From assembly GCF_963921235.1 (NCBI RefSeq), contig NC_086097.1, forward strand, positions 127,846,001 to 127,910,000: DNA of 64,000 nt, in the 5' to 3' direction. This document shows positions 38,101 through 52,000 of this stretch, in pieces. The notes below the pieces were generated by a model, which was not told the origin of the DNA, did no database searches, and worked only from the letters and a program-made list of their open reading frames with translations. The translations under genes were made by a program, and so were the position numbers. The first letter of the stretch is position 1, and each line of letters starts with the position of its first letter. This DNA comes from Mobula hypostoma (taxonomy: Eukaryota).

Positions 38101-39540
38101 GCAGCTATCCCCGGCACATAGGAACTATGACACTGGGAGTCGGGAGCTTCTTGCAGTTAAGTTCGTTTTGGAGGAATGGCGTCACTGGCTGGAGGGGGAC
38201 AAGAACCCTTTTATTCTTTGGACTGACCATACGAACCTGCCCTATATTCGGGAGGCCAAGAGGCTGAATTCCAGGAAGGCCAGATGGTCATTTTTTTTTG
38301 TTTGTCTCAAGTTCCGTCCCGTCCCAGGTACTACAACAGGGACATTCATCAAGAATAACTGCACACCCATGGATTGCCAGGACCCTCAATTTTATCAAGA
38401 GGAGGCACTGGTGGCCCAGAATGATGAGAGAAGTTTGGCAGTATGTGCAGGCATGCGAGGTGTGCGCCCGGAACAAAGAGCCCTGTACCTGAGCTCAAGG
38501 GGTCCTCCACCCACTACCTGTTCTGAAAAGACCTTGGGCACACATCTCCATGGACGTTGTCACGGGTCTCCATCATCCAAGGGGAAGCTGGTCATAATGG
38601 TGGTTCTCAATTAGTATTCAAAAGCCTGCAAGTTCATTGCCTTGGAGAAACTACCTTCCACGGCGGAGATGGCTGAGATTGTCCTGAACAAGGTCTTCTG
38701 GGTCCATGGATTCCCAGTGGACATTGTCTTGGATCGCGGTCCACAATTCTAATCATATTTCTGGAAGGCTTTCAGTAAACCAATAGGGGCAACAGCAAGC
38801 CTTTCCTCTGGGTTTCACCTGCAGTCTGATGGCTAGATGGAGTGGGTCAACTAAGAATTAGAACGTATCCTGAGATGTCTGGACTTGGAAAGACCTATTG
38901 GGTGGTGTGACCACAGAGATTGCCCACAACACCTTACGGCACTTGTGCAAGGGATGTAGCTATTTGAGTGCCAGTTTGATTATCCTCTGCCTCTTTCCAG
39001 AACAAGAAGCTGTGGTTGGGGTCCCTGCGGCAGAACATCTTGTCCAATGCTGCAGGGAGAAATAGGTGAGGGCAAGAGGCATTTTGCTGGCCTCTTGAGA
39101 GCAGAGATCGAAGCAAACCAAAAGATGTCTTGGACCTGCATTGCAGCCTGGGCAACAGGTCTGACTGTCCACTCATGACTTGCCCCTCTCAGTGGAATCT
39201 AGAAAGTCGGTACCCAAGTTCATTGGTCTCCAAGATTCTGAGGAAAGTAAACCCAGTGGCTTAGAGCTTGTAGCCCCCCAAGACCCTAAAGGTCAACTTC
39301 ACCTTCCACATCTTTAAATTAAAACCTGTCTGCACCAGCCCCTTAGCCTCAGCACCATCGGACCCGCCACAACTGAGGTTTATCGAGCATGATTAGGTCT
39401 TCATGGTAAAAAAACCTTTGGACTCATACTATTTGAGGTGTTCGGCAATACCTGTGGCCTGGGAGGGATTCGGACCAGAGGGAAGGTGTTGGGTGACATC
39501 CTGGATCCGACTCTCATCCACGACCACCAACACTGCCTCA
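35191..39540 (+). mobile_element. Gypsy (Sushi-type chromovirus) internal region: gag end, PR, RT, RNase H, IN, chromodomain; pseudogenised
   Basis: [82 protein letters not shown]. Confidence 0.92.
35864..36221 (+). mobile_element. CR1 3' fragment inserted in the Gypsy protease
   Basis: ESRTRGHSLRI..FTQRVVVLWN; tail (CTATTG). TSD GAAATT at 35858-35863 and 36222-36227. Confidence 0.92.
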
Positions 39541-39907
39541 GTGGTCAATTGTAAGCCTACCAGTGATTCGACTAGCGTTTGTTTTGTGCTCAGTTTCTCG
39601 ATGTGTTTTGAGACTGTGTCTCGATCCCACCCTTGGATACTCCACCATTTGGGTCCAACCCTTCCTCATCAAGGACTCTCATCACATTGTTTACATGTAC
39701 TGCACTTTCTCTGTGACAGTAAAACTGAATTTTACACTCTGGTACTGTTTTCCTGCTCTACCTCATTGACGGATGTGTGCAGGGAATGATCTGTCCAGAG
39801 CAAACTGAACTTTTCAATGTATCCCAGTACATGACAATAATATTGGCTGGCCCCCACCATTACTACTTTATCATTTCCTGTCGGTCACCTTGCATACAGA
39901 CACTCAC

Positions 39908-40195
39908 GGGCAGCACGGTGGTGTGGTGGTTAGCACAGCGCTTCACAGTGCAGGCAACCCAAGTTCAATTCCCACCGCTTCTTGTAAAGAGTTTGCATGT
40001 TCTCCCTGTGCCCGTGTGGGTTACCTCCGGGTGCTCCAGTTTCTTCCCGCAGTCCAAAGACGTACTGGTTGGTAAGTTAATCGGTCATTGTAAATTGTCC
40101 CATGATTAGGGTAGGATTAAATCAACGGTTGCTGGGTGGAGGGGCTCGAAGGGCCACAGGGGCCTACTCCATGCTGTACCTCAATAAAATAAAAA
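39908..40195 (+). mobile_element. V-SINE (HE1-like), inside a Rex1-type 3'UTR remnant
   Basis: tRNA head with A and B boxes (GTTCAATTCC), V-domain gagtttgcatgttctcc...gggtgctcc...gtccaaagac, and an A-rich tail. Confidence 0.9.
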
Positions 40196-40449
40196 GTGTG
40201 CCTTTGTCGCTTTATGGACCTACAATCAATCTGTGTATAGAAGCTATCTTATATATTTATAGTTACTGTGTTTTTTATTATTGAGTTGTTCTTCATCTTA
40301 TTATGTCTTTGTGCTGCATCAGATCTGGAGTAATAATTATTTTGTTCTCCTTTACACTTTTGTAATGGAAATGACATTAAACAATCTTGACATTACCAAC
40401 TACACAATTCTTCCAATTGAGATCAAGTTGACAATATACAATATTTAGA

Positions 40450-40855
40450 ATGTCAACGATTCCTGTTTCCCTCTCTCACCATCTCCGTACCTGCCTATCA
40501 TCTCCCTATGTTGCTCCTCCCCCTTCCCTTTCTTCCATGGTCTTCTGTCCTCTCCTATCAGATTCCCCCTTCTCCAGCCCTTTATTTCTCTCACCAACCA
40601 ACTTCCCAGTTCTTTACTTCACCACTCCGCCTATCCTGGTTTCACCTATCACCTACCACCTTGTTCTTCTTCCTCCCCCTCCCATACCTTCGTATTCCCC
40701 TTCCCCTACCTTCTTAACTATGTTTCCAGTCCTGATGAAGGGTCTCAGCCTGAAATGTTGACTGTTAATTCATTTCCATAGATGCTGCCTGACCTCCAAC
40801 ATTTTGCATATTTTGCTTTGAACTTCCTGCACCTGCAGACTTGCTTGTGTTTGTA
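40450..40855 (+). mobile_element. Penelope-derived element (pyrimidine-rich body plus hammerhead motif)
   Basis: CAGTC-CTGATGA-AGGGTCTCAGCCT-GAAAT-GTT-GACTG at 40727-40764 plus the shared tail. Confidence 0.78.
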
Positions 40856-42955
40856 GAATAGACACTCTTGCTTTCTTACTGTGTATGTTACAAGATCAAT
40901 TACATAATTGCTAAATTATTATGATTAATTACTTAGCAATATGGACAAACTGTGGTACTGGTCATCTTTCAAAGCAGACAAGAAACTGTGTGGGCACCGC
41001 ACATTAGTTCCAGTGCAGAATGTGATGGAATGCAGTAATTAGCAGCAATGTGGCACACAACACTGCGGCCTTCAATTCACAAAAGAAACGTGCTTGCTTA
41101 CAGAAACGGCCTTTACCCATGCTTTGATTGCAGGGTTATAGTATTAGTGGAAAGCTCCTGGTGCAATGAAAGTTGAGACGAATCAAGTTCACACAGTTAA
41201 ACGACCATCACTTTCTGCAGTGATGGTAATAGTGTTTTAACAAAAGCAGCAGAACAATAATAAGACCACTAAAGGAATACAATGTCTGTAATGGCATTGC
41301 AGAAGATGATGTTGAGTCTGAGATCTAATTTCAGTTTTCAGCTGATGGTTATGCACTGTGAAAAGCTCAATCTTCATGGTTTATGATGCAATTTGAATTC
41401 TTTTTATCAGCTTGCTGCTGTGTAATAGCTGCCAGGTATTCACTATTCTCTTGGTAATCACTGGCTTCATTTGTACTGGTGATCAGTTCAGCTGGGAGAT
41501 TTACAGTCAGTTGCCAGCTGTACCATCAAAAGTTATTAGCATGATCTTTAAAATTTCTCCTTGGCAAACCGTGTGTAAGTGGATGAAGTTTTGGTCTCAT
41601 CTGATATCAGAACTTGCTGTGACTCTGTTACCTTAAGGATGTCAGTCTCAGGAAAGGCATTATGCCTGCTCTTACGTTGACACTGTCATTTACAATCTGT
41701 GAAATTTCTGCGCTGGCTTTTATGGAGTTCAAAAGTGTTACAGGAATTTGGGACCAGCTGTGCAAATGCGGCTCGTTAACGTAAATATTTTAACATTTTC
41801 ATTATGCAATTGAAACCTGGGTTGTAACATAAAAGGAAAATGGAAATAAAGTGGAAATAGAATTTTAAAGCGTTGTGCGGTGATTCTCAACCTGCTTACA
41901 TTTTCATGGCTTTTTTATTTGAAAAATTAGAAAATAAATTGACTGGTTTATTGAGGTAAAGGGAAATTAGGTGAGTCAATTTTTCAGATGTTCATGCCAG
42001 TCTAAACTGATGGGTGAAATCAATACTTTTCTTTTCATTGACTGACAAGAGCTACAGTTACAGGGACTCAGAACACATGGGGCTTGGTCCTCAATGTTTA
42101 AGACAAACTGGCTCTAATTCCTCGAATCTTCAATTATTATTGCACTCGGGAGGATACAAGACAGGTCCGGAATGAGAAATGTTGAAAAAGTGAAGAGATA
42201 CTGAGGTTAAAGCTGCAATAGAATGAAGTCCTCAGTTGCTGATATTGAATACTATGAATGAAGCTGTAAATCCAGATGTTTTATATGTTACAAATGTTTT
42301 ATGTAGTTCCTGTTTAAGATAAAATGTAGCCACCAAAGATCTGATTATCAGCTCAGTTTTGTTCTGTCTACTAACACCATTCCCTGCAGATGGTGAAGAT
42401 TGAAGAGACTGCAGATGCTGAAAATCTGGAGCGAAACACCAAGGAGCTGGAGGAACCCAGTGAGTCAGCCAGCATTTGTGGAGGGAAATGAACAGTCAAC
42501 GTGCTGGTGTCAGTGCTTCACAGCTTTTGTATACTCCTTTTTTTTTCCTTTCTCCCTTCTGTCCTTAACCTATCAACAAGATAGCTTCTTCCATAGCTTA
42601 TTGTGGGGGCAACCCCCAGCCCTGTCCTACCAAAGAATTTGGTTTGCTTCTAACCATTCCTCCTCAACCCTCTCTGCAATTTAAAGTTAAGTTACTTTCT
42701 CTTTTACCTAGCTCTTGGATCAGGGTCTTGGACTTGAAGCATACATTTGTTCCTTTTTCCATTAGATGTTCTCTGAGTTGCTGAGATTTTCCTGGAGTGT
42801 TAGTTTTAATATTATTATATACAGCATTTCTCTCTGCTCACGTCAAATAGAGTTTACTGTAATTTACACAAATACACTGAGGTACAGATACAATGAAAAC
42901 TTGCTTGCAGCCGCATCACAGCATATAGATTCAGGCAACAACACACATAATTAGA

Positions 42956-43843
42956 CAGGTTGACAACCGATTTTCCAGAAACTGATGGTTTGGCATCTCT
43001 TTTAATTCCAATGAAACTACAAGTCCAAGTATCACTCACTTTTCATGGGACATCTGTTAGGTGTGGTGAATGCTGGGATTTCTGCACAGACACTTAGTAA
43101 CATGAAGGACGTTCTTTGGTTCATTGCTCAAGGTGGTGAGAAGGTAGAACCTTCAACACTAAAGAATGGCTGGTGTAAGTTGTGGCCTGCCTTGGTGTTT
43201 GATGATGCGCCTAAAGGAAAGCTTGATGACAATTTTACAGGAATTCGTATGCCAAAGGAGAAAGTTCATGGTTTGCTTGCATATGCAAGAAGTGGTAAAG
43301 GACCTGCTTTCAAAGAATCTTGCAAGTAGTCTTAATGAAGAAGATCTACGTGAGTGGATGATTGCCAATGATGAAACACCTGTTGTGCATCACCTTACGG
43401 ACTGGGAAATCAGAAATGATAGACAGTGTTCTGAATGCTGATAGAAACACTGCAGGTGATGAAGATGAAACTGACAGATTTACTATTGACAAGTTTATTG
43501 AGTTGTTCAGTGATTTAATTAAAGGGTCACAGAAATGTATGTTCGTGATGGAACAAGAGCTATTTGTATTTGATGCAAGGAAAAAAATACACAGGGAGAG
43601 ATCAAAACACAAGAAACAGCTTTGCCTGGATAAAATTTTAAAACGGATAACTGAGAAGCAACATTCTTTGTAAGCACAGTGATTAATAAACTTACATTTA
43701 TTTTTTGTTTAATTAATAATCATTTTTAGGTTTCTACAGAGCACTTTTGCCATTATTATTGCGTGCTCTCTTTTAATTCGGCAAAAATGGTAGTCCAACA
43801 AGGCTCAGGAACAGAGGGTGATGGAAATTTGGAGCTCAACCTG
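42956..43843 (+). mobile_element. Tigger/pogo DNA transposon, internally deleted
   Basis: Ends CAGGTTGA...TCAACCTG(TA). C-terminal pogo-like peptides TLKNGWCKLWP and EEDLREW..LTD.EI. Confidence 0.78.
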
Positions 43844-44284
43844 TACATAAAATGTACACAACCCTATTCCTTACACCTGCCAATAAAGGGAAATATCCAT
43901 TATTCATTTTTAATGGATAGCTTCAAATTAATTTCATTAATAGGGCAGAGCAAAGAAAGTTCAAAGTACACTGACTTCTGCCCATCAAGTCATCCTTGAT
44001 CCCAAGGGACTGTTTAATAAAATTTTGTAAAGGTAAGTGTGAGTGTTCTAACTTGTGAATAGTTCATTCAGTAAAAGTAATTAACTTCGATGAGGAGAGA
44101 ATTCCAAATGAAACTTCTTAAAGAAGAAAAGGAAGGAAAAACAAAGTGTTAGCATAATCAGGGACATGTCCTTAAACCTCTGAAATAACAAATCATTAAA
44201 AAGTGATGTACTCTTGCAAAAAGGACATCTGCCTAGGAACAAAAAAATTTCACAGCAGTGACATCAAATTCGTATGGTAACTGT

Positions 44285-44660
44285 TGCAACAAGTGCTGGA
44301 GGAACTCAGCATGTCGGGCATCAGCTACAGAGAAGAATAAGCTGTCATTGTTTTGGGCCAAGACCCAACATCAGGACTGGAAAGGAAGGGTGCAGAAGCC
44401 TGGCTAAGAAGGGTAGGTAAGGAAGTAAGGCTGGCAGCTGGCAGATGACAGGTGAAACCAGGTGAAAGGGAAGCTTGGTGGGTGGGACAGTGTGTTGAAT
44501 TAAGAAGCTGGGAGGTGGTAGGTGAAAGAAACAAAAAAGGGCTAAAGAAAAAGAAAGGGCTGAAGAAGAAGAAATGTCAGGGGACCATGGGAGAAAGGGA
44601 AGGAGGGGCATGGGCAGGCAGAGTGGAGGACAGAGGGAAAGCAGAATGGGGAATGGTGTG
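44285..44660 (-). mobile_element. Penelope-derived element
   Basis: Reverse complement of the 40450-40855 type, with a decayed hammerhead (cagtcctgatgttgggtcttggcccaaaac). Confidence 0.72.
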
Positions 44661-45819
44661 ATGGTTTTGGGTTTGCTGTCCGTGAAGTTCTGCTTTCAAA
44701 TGAAGATCTTAAGCCCTATCCAATATAGTTAGTTACGGGTACCCTCACTAATGGGAGGCTACACTGGAGCCATCTTCTCTTCAAAGGCTCGATCACTTCC
44801 CTGTTTATTCTTCATGGTGACTTTAGCTGCCAATATGCACTATTTGAATGGTGCCACCCCCTCCACCAAGGAAGAGATACTTCCAGCTACCAAAGTAGTT
44901 TAAACACACTTCACATATTTTTAGTGATACATATTTAAATTTAGATAAGATTCTTAGAAAAACACACTTAAATCTCAGATGATTTCTACCTTATAAAAGG
45001 TTTCCAATCTACAAATGATTTGTAAAACACAAAGGATTTCCAAAACACAGGTACATCTGCTGTAAGCTGAAGAGTTATATCAAAGAGTTGCAGATGAACG
45101 AGTTAACCATCACAGAAATTAAAGGCAGAGAAATGGATTCTGGACACTACATTTTTCTGTCAATCTTCTTGCTGTTCCTTGACCATTCCTAACAAGCCTG
45201 ATTGCTCTCTAACATTTAAAGTTAAATTTAAACTCATACTGCTTTGGGTGACTTCACACAGATTGGATATTTTGTCTTAGGTACCTTTTCACACTGTTGG
45301 TCTGAAAGCTTCTGGTGACAGAGATTCCAAACAACCAAAATTAATGCTGTGAAGGCTGACTCTCCGAGTACACAAATCTTCCATCTATTGATAGATCAAC
45401 TATTTGTTGTGCTAAGTGGTAGTATCAATCTGGTCTGCAAAACTCCTTGAACTAAGTAACTTAGCCAGTGTTGTCTTGTTTGATGCAGGCCAATTAACAC
45501 AACCTCATTGTCTTACACTGCATCTCTTGAGCAGTCAACTCTGTGTTGTGGGCCAGCAGTCTGCACTGTATAGACTGTCTTTGCAAAGTTGTCCTTTTAA
45601 CTTTATACTGATAACTACTTGCCATTTACATTAAGAACAGAAGTTCGGCTCCCATTTATGACAGGCAAAGAATATTGTTTGGAAGTTTCGCTTACTCAAA
45701 AACAACTCTTTGAAGTCTAAAAACATCAGCTGCTCTGTTAGAAAGCCAAGTTTGGCAAAAAGGCTATCCAGCCCAGGTCAGTGAAAATCCATCATAATGG
45801 AAAAAGGAGGGACACAAAA

Positions 45820-46170
45820 TTACTGGAAGTTAGGAAAAATTGATGTCCATGCCATCAGAGGGTATATGAAGTGCTGCTCCTCAAACATGAGTGTGGCCTC
45901 ATTGTGGCAATAGAGATGGCCATTGACTAATGTGCTGGAATGGGGAAAGGAAGTGGAATTTAAATGGCTGGTCACTGGGAAATCCTGACTTTCATGGTGG
46001 ATGGACCGAATGTGCTCGATGAAGCTTTTCCCCACCTTTGTCACATCTCACCGGTGTAGAGGAGGCCACACATGGAACACCAGATATAGTAGATGACAGA
46101 CTCACAGGGTGAAGTGTTGCCTCACCTACAAGCACTGTTTGGGGCCCGATGAAGGAGGAGGGGAAGGCAC
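45820..46170 (-). pseudogene. Penelope GIY-YIG endonuclease remnant
   Basis: The reverse translation gives VIYYIWCSMCGLLYTGE..FIEHIRSI..FPVTSHLNS..EEQHFIY..IFPNFQ. Confidence 0.85.
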
Positions 46171-46265
46171 TTACTGCATTGTTTTAATTTGATTTGTATT
46201 ATTATGACATTTGTTTAGCAACAAAATAAACCTGTAGGAATCTGTTTCATGAAGGAAATGCCCCC

Positions 46266-48585
46266 TTAAAGCAGCCTCTTGTCAAAGGCCTTCTGAAAAT
46301 CCAAATATACAACATCCACTGTATCTCCCTTGTCTAGCCTACTTGTAATTTCCTCAAAAAATTGTAATAGGTTTGTCAGGCAGGATTTTCCTTTAAGGAA
46401 ACCATGCTGAGTTCTGCCTATCTTGTCATATACCTCCAGGTACTCCGTAACTTCATCCTTGACAATCGACTCCAACAACTTCCCAACCACCAATGTCAAG
46501 CTAACAGGTCTATAATTTCCTTTTTGCTTCCTTGCCCCCTTTTTAAATAGCGGAGCGACATTTGCAATCTTCCAGTCATCCAGAACCATGCCAGAACCTA
46601 TCGACTTTTGAAAGATCATCGCTAATGCCTCCGCAATCTCCACAGCTACTTCCTTCAGAACACGAGGGTGCATTCCATCTGGTCTGGGAGATTTATCTAC
46701 CTTTAGCCTATTCAGCTTCCTGAGCACTTTCTCTTTCGTAATTGTGACTGCGCACACTTCTCTTCCCTGCCACCCTTGAATGTCCGGTATCCTGCTGTCT
46801 TCCTCAGTGAAGACTGATGCAAAATACTCATTCAGTTCCTCTGCCATCTCCTTATCTCCCATTACAATTTCTCCAGCATCGTTTTCTATCAGTCCTATAT
46901 CTACTCTCACCTGTCTTTTACTCTTTATATACTTGAAAAAGCTTTTAGTATCCTCTTTGATATTATTTGCTAGCTTCCTTTCATAGTTAATCTCTTCCCT
47001 CTTAATGACCTTCTTAGTTTCCTTTCGTAAGCTTCTAAAAACTTCCCAATCCTCTGTCTTCCCACTAACTTTTGCTTCCTTGTATGCCCTCTCCTTTGCT
47101 TCAACTTTGGCTTTGACTTCTCTTGTCAGCCACGGTTGCATCCTTTTTCCATTCGAAAATTTCTTCTTTTTTGGAATATACCTGTCTTGCACCTTCCTCA
47201 CTTCTTGCATAAACTCCAGCCACTGCTGCTCTGCCATCCTTCCCGCTAGTGTCCCTTTCCAGTCAACTTTGGCCAGTTCCTCTCTCATGCCACTGTAATT
47301 TCCTTTACTCCACTGAAATACCGACACATCGGATTTCGGCTTCTCTTTTTCTAATTTCACAGTGAACTCAATCATGTTATGATCACTGTCTCCTAAGGGT
47401 TCCTTCACCTCAATCTCTCTAATCACCTCCGGTTCATTACACAATACCCAGTCCAGTACAGCCGATCCCCTAGCGGGCTCAACAACAAGCTGTTCTAAAA
47501 TGCCATCTTGCAGACATTCTACAAATTCTCTCTTGAGATCCAGTGCCAACCTGATTTTCCCAATCTACTTGCATGTTAAAATCCCCCACAATTATCATAA
47601 CACTGCCCTTCTGACAAGCCTTTTCTATTTCCAGTTGTAATTTGTAGTCCACATCACTGCAGCTGTTTGGAGGCCTGTATATAACTGCCATCAGGGTCCT
47701 TTTACCCCTGCGACTTCTTAGTTCAACCCATAAAGATTCTGCACCTTCCGATCCTATGTCACCTCTTTCTAATGATCATTCTTACCAATAAAGCCTCGCC
47801 ACCCCCTCTGCCTACCTTCCTATCCTTCCGATACACCGTGTATCCTTGGACATTCAGCTCCCAGAGACATGCATCCTTTAGCCACGTCTCAGCGATGGCC
47901 ACAATATCATACCTGCCAATCTGTAGCTGTACGACAAGATCATCCACCTTATTCCTCATGCTGCATGCATTTAAGTACAACACCTTAAGAACAGTATTTT
48001 GTACTTTTTGCTTTGATTGCACTGCAACTCATCCCAATGGCTGCAAATTTGCCCCATCACCTGCCTGTCTTTCCTGACATCTTTACTGCTCACTATCTTA
48101 GATTTATTTCTGTTTTCCCCTTCCTCTGCTCTATCATTCCAGTTCCCATCCCCCTGCCAAATTAGTTTAAACCCTCCCTAACAGCGCTATTAAACCTTCC
48201 TGCTAGGATGTTAGTCCCCTTCGGGTTCAGGTGTAACCCGTCCATTTTTAACAGGTCATACATTCCCCCAGAAGAGATCCCAATGATCCAAGAATCTGAA
48301 GCCCTGCCCCCTGCACCAGTCTCTCAGCCACGCATTCATTTGCCTGATCCTACTATTCTTGCCCTCGCTAGCACGTGGCACAGGTAGGAATCCCAAGATT
48401 ACTACCCTGGAGGTCCTGCTTCTCAGGACTTCCTAACTCGCGGAAATCTCTCTTCAGGACCTCCTCCCTTCTCCTATCTATGTCATTGGTACCAACATGT
48501 ACCAAGACAACTGGCTGCTCTCCCTCTCCCTTCAGAATATTCTGGACCCAATCCGAGACATCCCGTACCCTGACACCTGGGAGGG
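46266..48585 (-). mobile_element. CR1 (HER1-type) LINE, ORF1 end plus ORF2 endonuclease to RT N-half; truncated at both ends
   Basis: LYLNACS, VGDFN, LGDSDHNMI, GNYRPVSLT, QHGFLKGKSCLTNL, YLDFQKAFDK; a 427-aa open stretch. Confidence 0.95.
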
Positions 48586-48952
48586 GCCATGAGGGGCATT
48601 GATCATGTGGATAGTCAGAGGTTTTTTCCCAGGGCGGAAATGACTAACATGAGGGGGCACAGTTTTAAGGTGCTCAGAAATAGGGACCGATGGGATGTCA
48701 GGGGCAAATTCCCCCCCCCCTACCCCACACACAGAGTGGTGGGTACGTGGAATGCACTGCCGGTGGTGGTGGTGGAAGCGGATACAATAGGGTCTTTTAA
48801 GAGCCTCTTAGATAGGTACATGGAGCTTGGAAAAATAGAGGGCCATGCACTAGGGAAATTCCAGGCAGTCTCTAGAGTAGGTTACATGGTCGGTACAACA
48901 TTGTGGGCCGAAGGGCCTGTAATGTGCTGTAGATTTCTATGTCCTATGTTCT
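48586..48952 (+). mobile_element. CR1 3' fragment
   Basis: Closely matches 21034-21390 (MRGIDHVDSQR..; tail ctatgtcctatgttct). Confidence 0.92.
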
Positions 48953-49010
48953 TAATATACAGCCATTTCTGTGATGCCAGAGACATGAGGCACATGTGAC
49001 AGGGCATTCA

Positions 49011-52000
49011 GACCATAAAACACAGAATAGTACAGCACAGTACAGGCCCTTCGGCCCACAACATTGTGATGACCCTCAAACCCTGCCTCCCATATAAGCC
49101 CCCACCTTAAATTCCTCCATATACCTGTCTAGTACTCTCTTAAACTTCACTAGTGTATCTGCCTCCACCACTGACTCAGGCAGTGCATTCCACGCACCAA
49201 CCACTCTCTGGGTAAAAATCCTTCCTCTAATATCCCCCTTGAACTTCCCACCCCTTACCTTAAAGCCATGTCCTCTTATATAGAGCAGTGGTGCCCTGGG
49301 GAAGAGGCGTTGGCTATCCACTCTATCTATTCCTCTTATTATCTTGTACACCTCTATCATGTCTCCTCTCATCCTCCTTGTCTCCAAAGAGTAAAGCCCG
49401 AGCTCCCTTAATCTCTGATCATAATGCATACTCTCTAAACCAGGCAGCATCCTGGTAAATCTCTTTTGTATCCTTTCCAATGCTTCCACATCCTTCCTAT
49501 AGTGAGGTGAACGGAACTGGACACAGTACTCCAAGTGTGGCCTAACCAGAGTTTTATAGAGCTGCATCATTACATCATGACTCTTAAACTCTATCCCTTT
49601 ACTTATGAAAGCTAACACCCCATAAGCTTTCTTAACTACCCTATCCACCTGTGAGGCAACTTTCAGGGATCTGTGGACGTGTACCTCCAGATCCCTCTGC
49701 TTCTACACACTACCAAGTATCCTGCTATTTACTTTGTACTCTGCCTTGGAGTTTGTCCTTCCAAAATGTACCACCTCACAGTTCTCCGGGTTGAACTCCA
49801 ACTGCCACTTCTCAGCCAACTTCTGCATCCTATCAATGTCTTTCTGCAATCGTCGACAATCCTCTACACTATCTATAACACCACCAACCTTTGTGTCATC
49901 TGCAAACTTGCCAACCCACCCTTCTACCACCACATCCAGGTCGTTAATAAAAATCACGAAAAGTAGAGGTCCCAGAACAGATCCTTGTGGGACACGACTA
50001 GTCACAATCCTCCAATCCAAATGTACTCCCTCCACCACCACCCTCTGCTTTCTGCAGTCAAGCCAATTCTGAATCCACCTGGCCAAACTTCCCTGGATCC
50101 CATGCCTTCTGACTTTCTGAATAAGCCTACCTTGTGGAACCTTGTCAAATGCCTTACTAAAATCCATATAGATCACATCCACTGCACTACCCTCATCTAT
50201 ATGCCTGGTCACCTCCTCAAAGAACTGGATCAGGCTTGTTAGATACGATCTGCCCTTCACAAAGCCATGCTGACTGTCCCTGATCAGACCATGATTCTCT
50301 AAATGCCCAGAGATCCTATCTCTAAGAATCTTTTCCAACAGCTTTCCTACCACAGACGTAAGGCTCACTAGTCTATAATTACCCGGACTATCCCTACTAC
50401 CTTTTTTGAACAAGGGGACAACATTCGCCTCCCTCTAATCCTCAGTACCATTCCCGTGGACAACGAGGACATAAAGGTCTTAGCCAGAGGCTCAGCAATC
50501 TTTTCCCCCGCCTTGTGGAGCAGCCTGGGGAATATTCCGTCAGGCCCTGGGGACTTATCTGTCCCAATGTTTTTTAAACAACTTCAACACCTCCTCTCCC
50601 TTAATATCAACATGCTCCAGAACATCAACCTCACTCATATTGTCCTCACCATCATCAAGTTCCCTCTCATTGGTGAATACCGAAGAGAAGTATTCATTGA
50701 GGACCTCACTCACTTCCACAGCCTCCAGGCACATCTTCCCACCTTTATCTCTAATCGGTCCCACCTTCACTCCTGTCAGCCTTTTTTTCTTCACATAATT
50801 GAAGAATGTCTTGGGGTTTTCCTTTACCCTACTGGCGAAGGCCTTCTCATGTCCCCTTATTGCTCTTCTCAGCCCCTTCTTAAGCTCCTTTCTTGCTTTC
50901 CTATATTCCTCAATAGACCCATCTGATCCTTGCTTCCTAAACCTCATGTATGCTGCCTTCTTCCACCTGACTAGATCCTCCACCTCACTTGTCACCCATG
51001 GTTCCTTCACACTACCATTCTTTATCTTCCTCATCGGGACAAATTTATCCCTAACATCCTGCAAGAGATCTCTAAACATTGACCACATGTCCATACTACA
51101 TTTCCCTGCAAAAACATCATCCCAATTCACACCTGTAAGTTCTAGCCTTATAGCCTCATAATTTGCCCTTCTCCAATTAAAAATTTTCCTGTCCTCTCTG
51201 ATTCTATCCTTTTCTATGATAATGCTAAAGGCCAGGGAGCGGTGGTCACTGTCCCCCAGATGCTCACCCACTGAGAGATCTGTGACCTGACCTGGTTCAT
51301 TACCTAGTACTAGATCTAGTATGGCATTCTCCCTAGTCGGCCTGTCCACATACTTCCGTCCTGGACACACTTGACAAACTCTGCCCCATCTAAACCCTTG
51401 GAACTAATCAGGTGCCAATCAATATTAGGGAGATTAAAGTCACCCATGATAATAACCCTGTTATTTTTGCACCTTTCCAAAATCTGCATCCCAATCTGCT
51501 CCTCAGGTACTCTACTGCTACCAGGAGGCTTATAGAATACCACCAATAGAGTAACTGCTCCCTTCCCGTTCCTGACTTCCACCCATACTGACTCAAAAGA
51601 AGATCCTGCTATATTACCCACCCTTTCTGTAGCTGTAATAGTATCCCTGACCAGTAATGCCACCCCTCCTCCCCTTTTTCCCCTCCTATCCCTTTTAAAG
51701 CACTGAAATCCGGGAATATTGAAAATCCATTCTTGACCTGGTGCCAGCCAAGTCTCTGTAATGGCAACTACATCATAATTCCATGTATGTATCCAAGTTC
51801 ATCACCTTTGTTCCTGATGCTTCTTGCATTGAAGTACACACAGTTCAGCCCTTCTGCCTTACTACCTTTACACCCTTTATTCTGCTTCTCTTTCCTCAAA
51901 GCTTCTCTATATGTTAGATCTGGCTTTACTCCATGCACTTCATTCACTGCTCTATCGCTCTGGGTCCCATCCCCCTTGCAAATTAGTTTAAACCCTCCTG

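Noticed and set aside
46266..48952. Inverted CR1 5' part joined to a plus-strand CR1 3' end, resembling a twin-priming inversion
   Set aside because: The two parts appear to belong to different CR1 subfamilies (DFQKAFDK type versus the tail of the DFSKAFDK-like type), and there is no convincing TSD.
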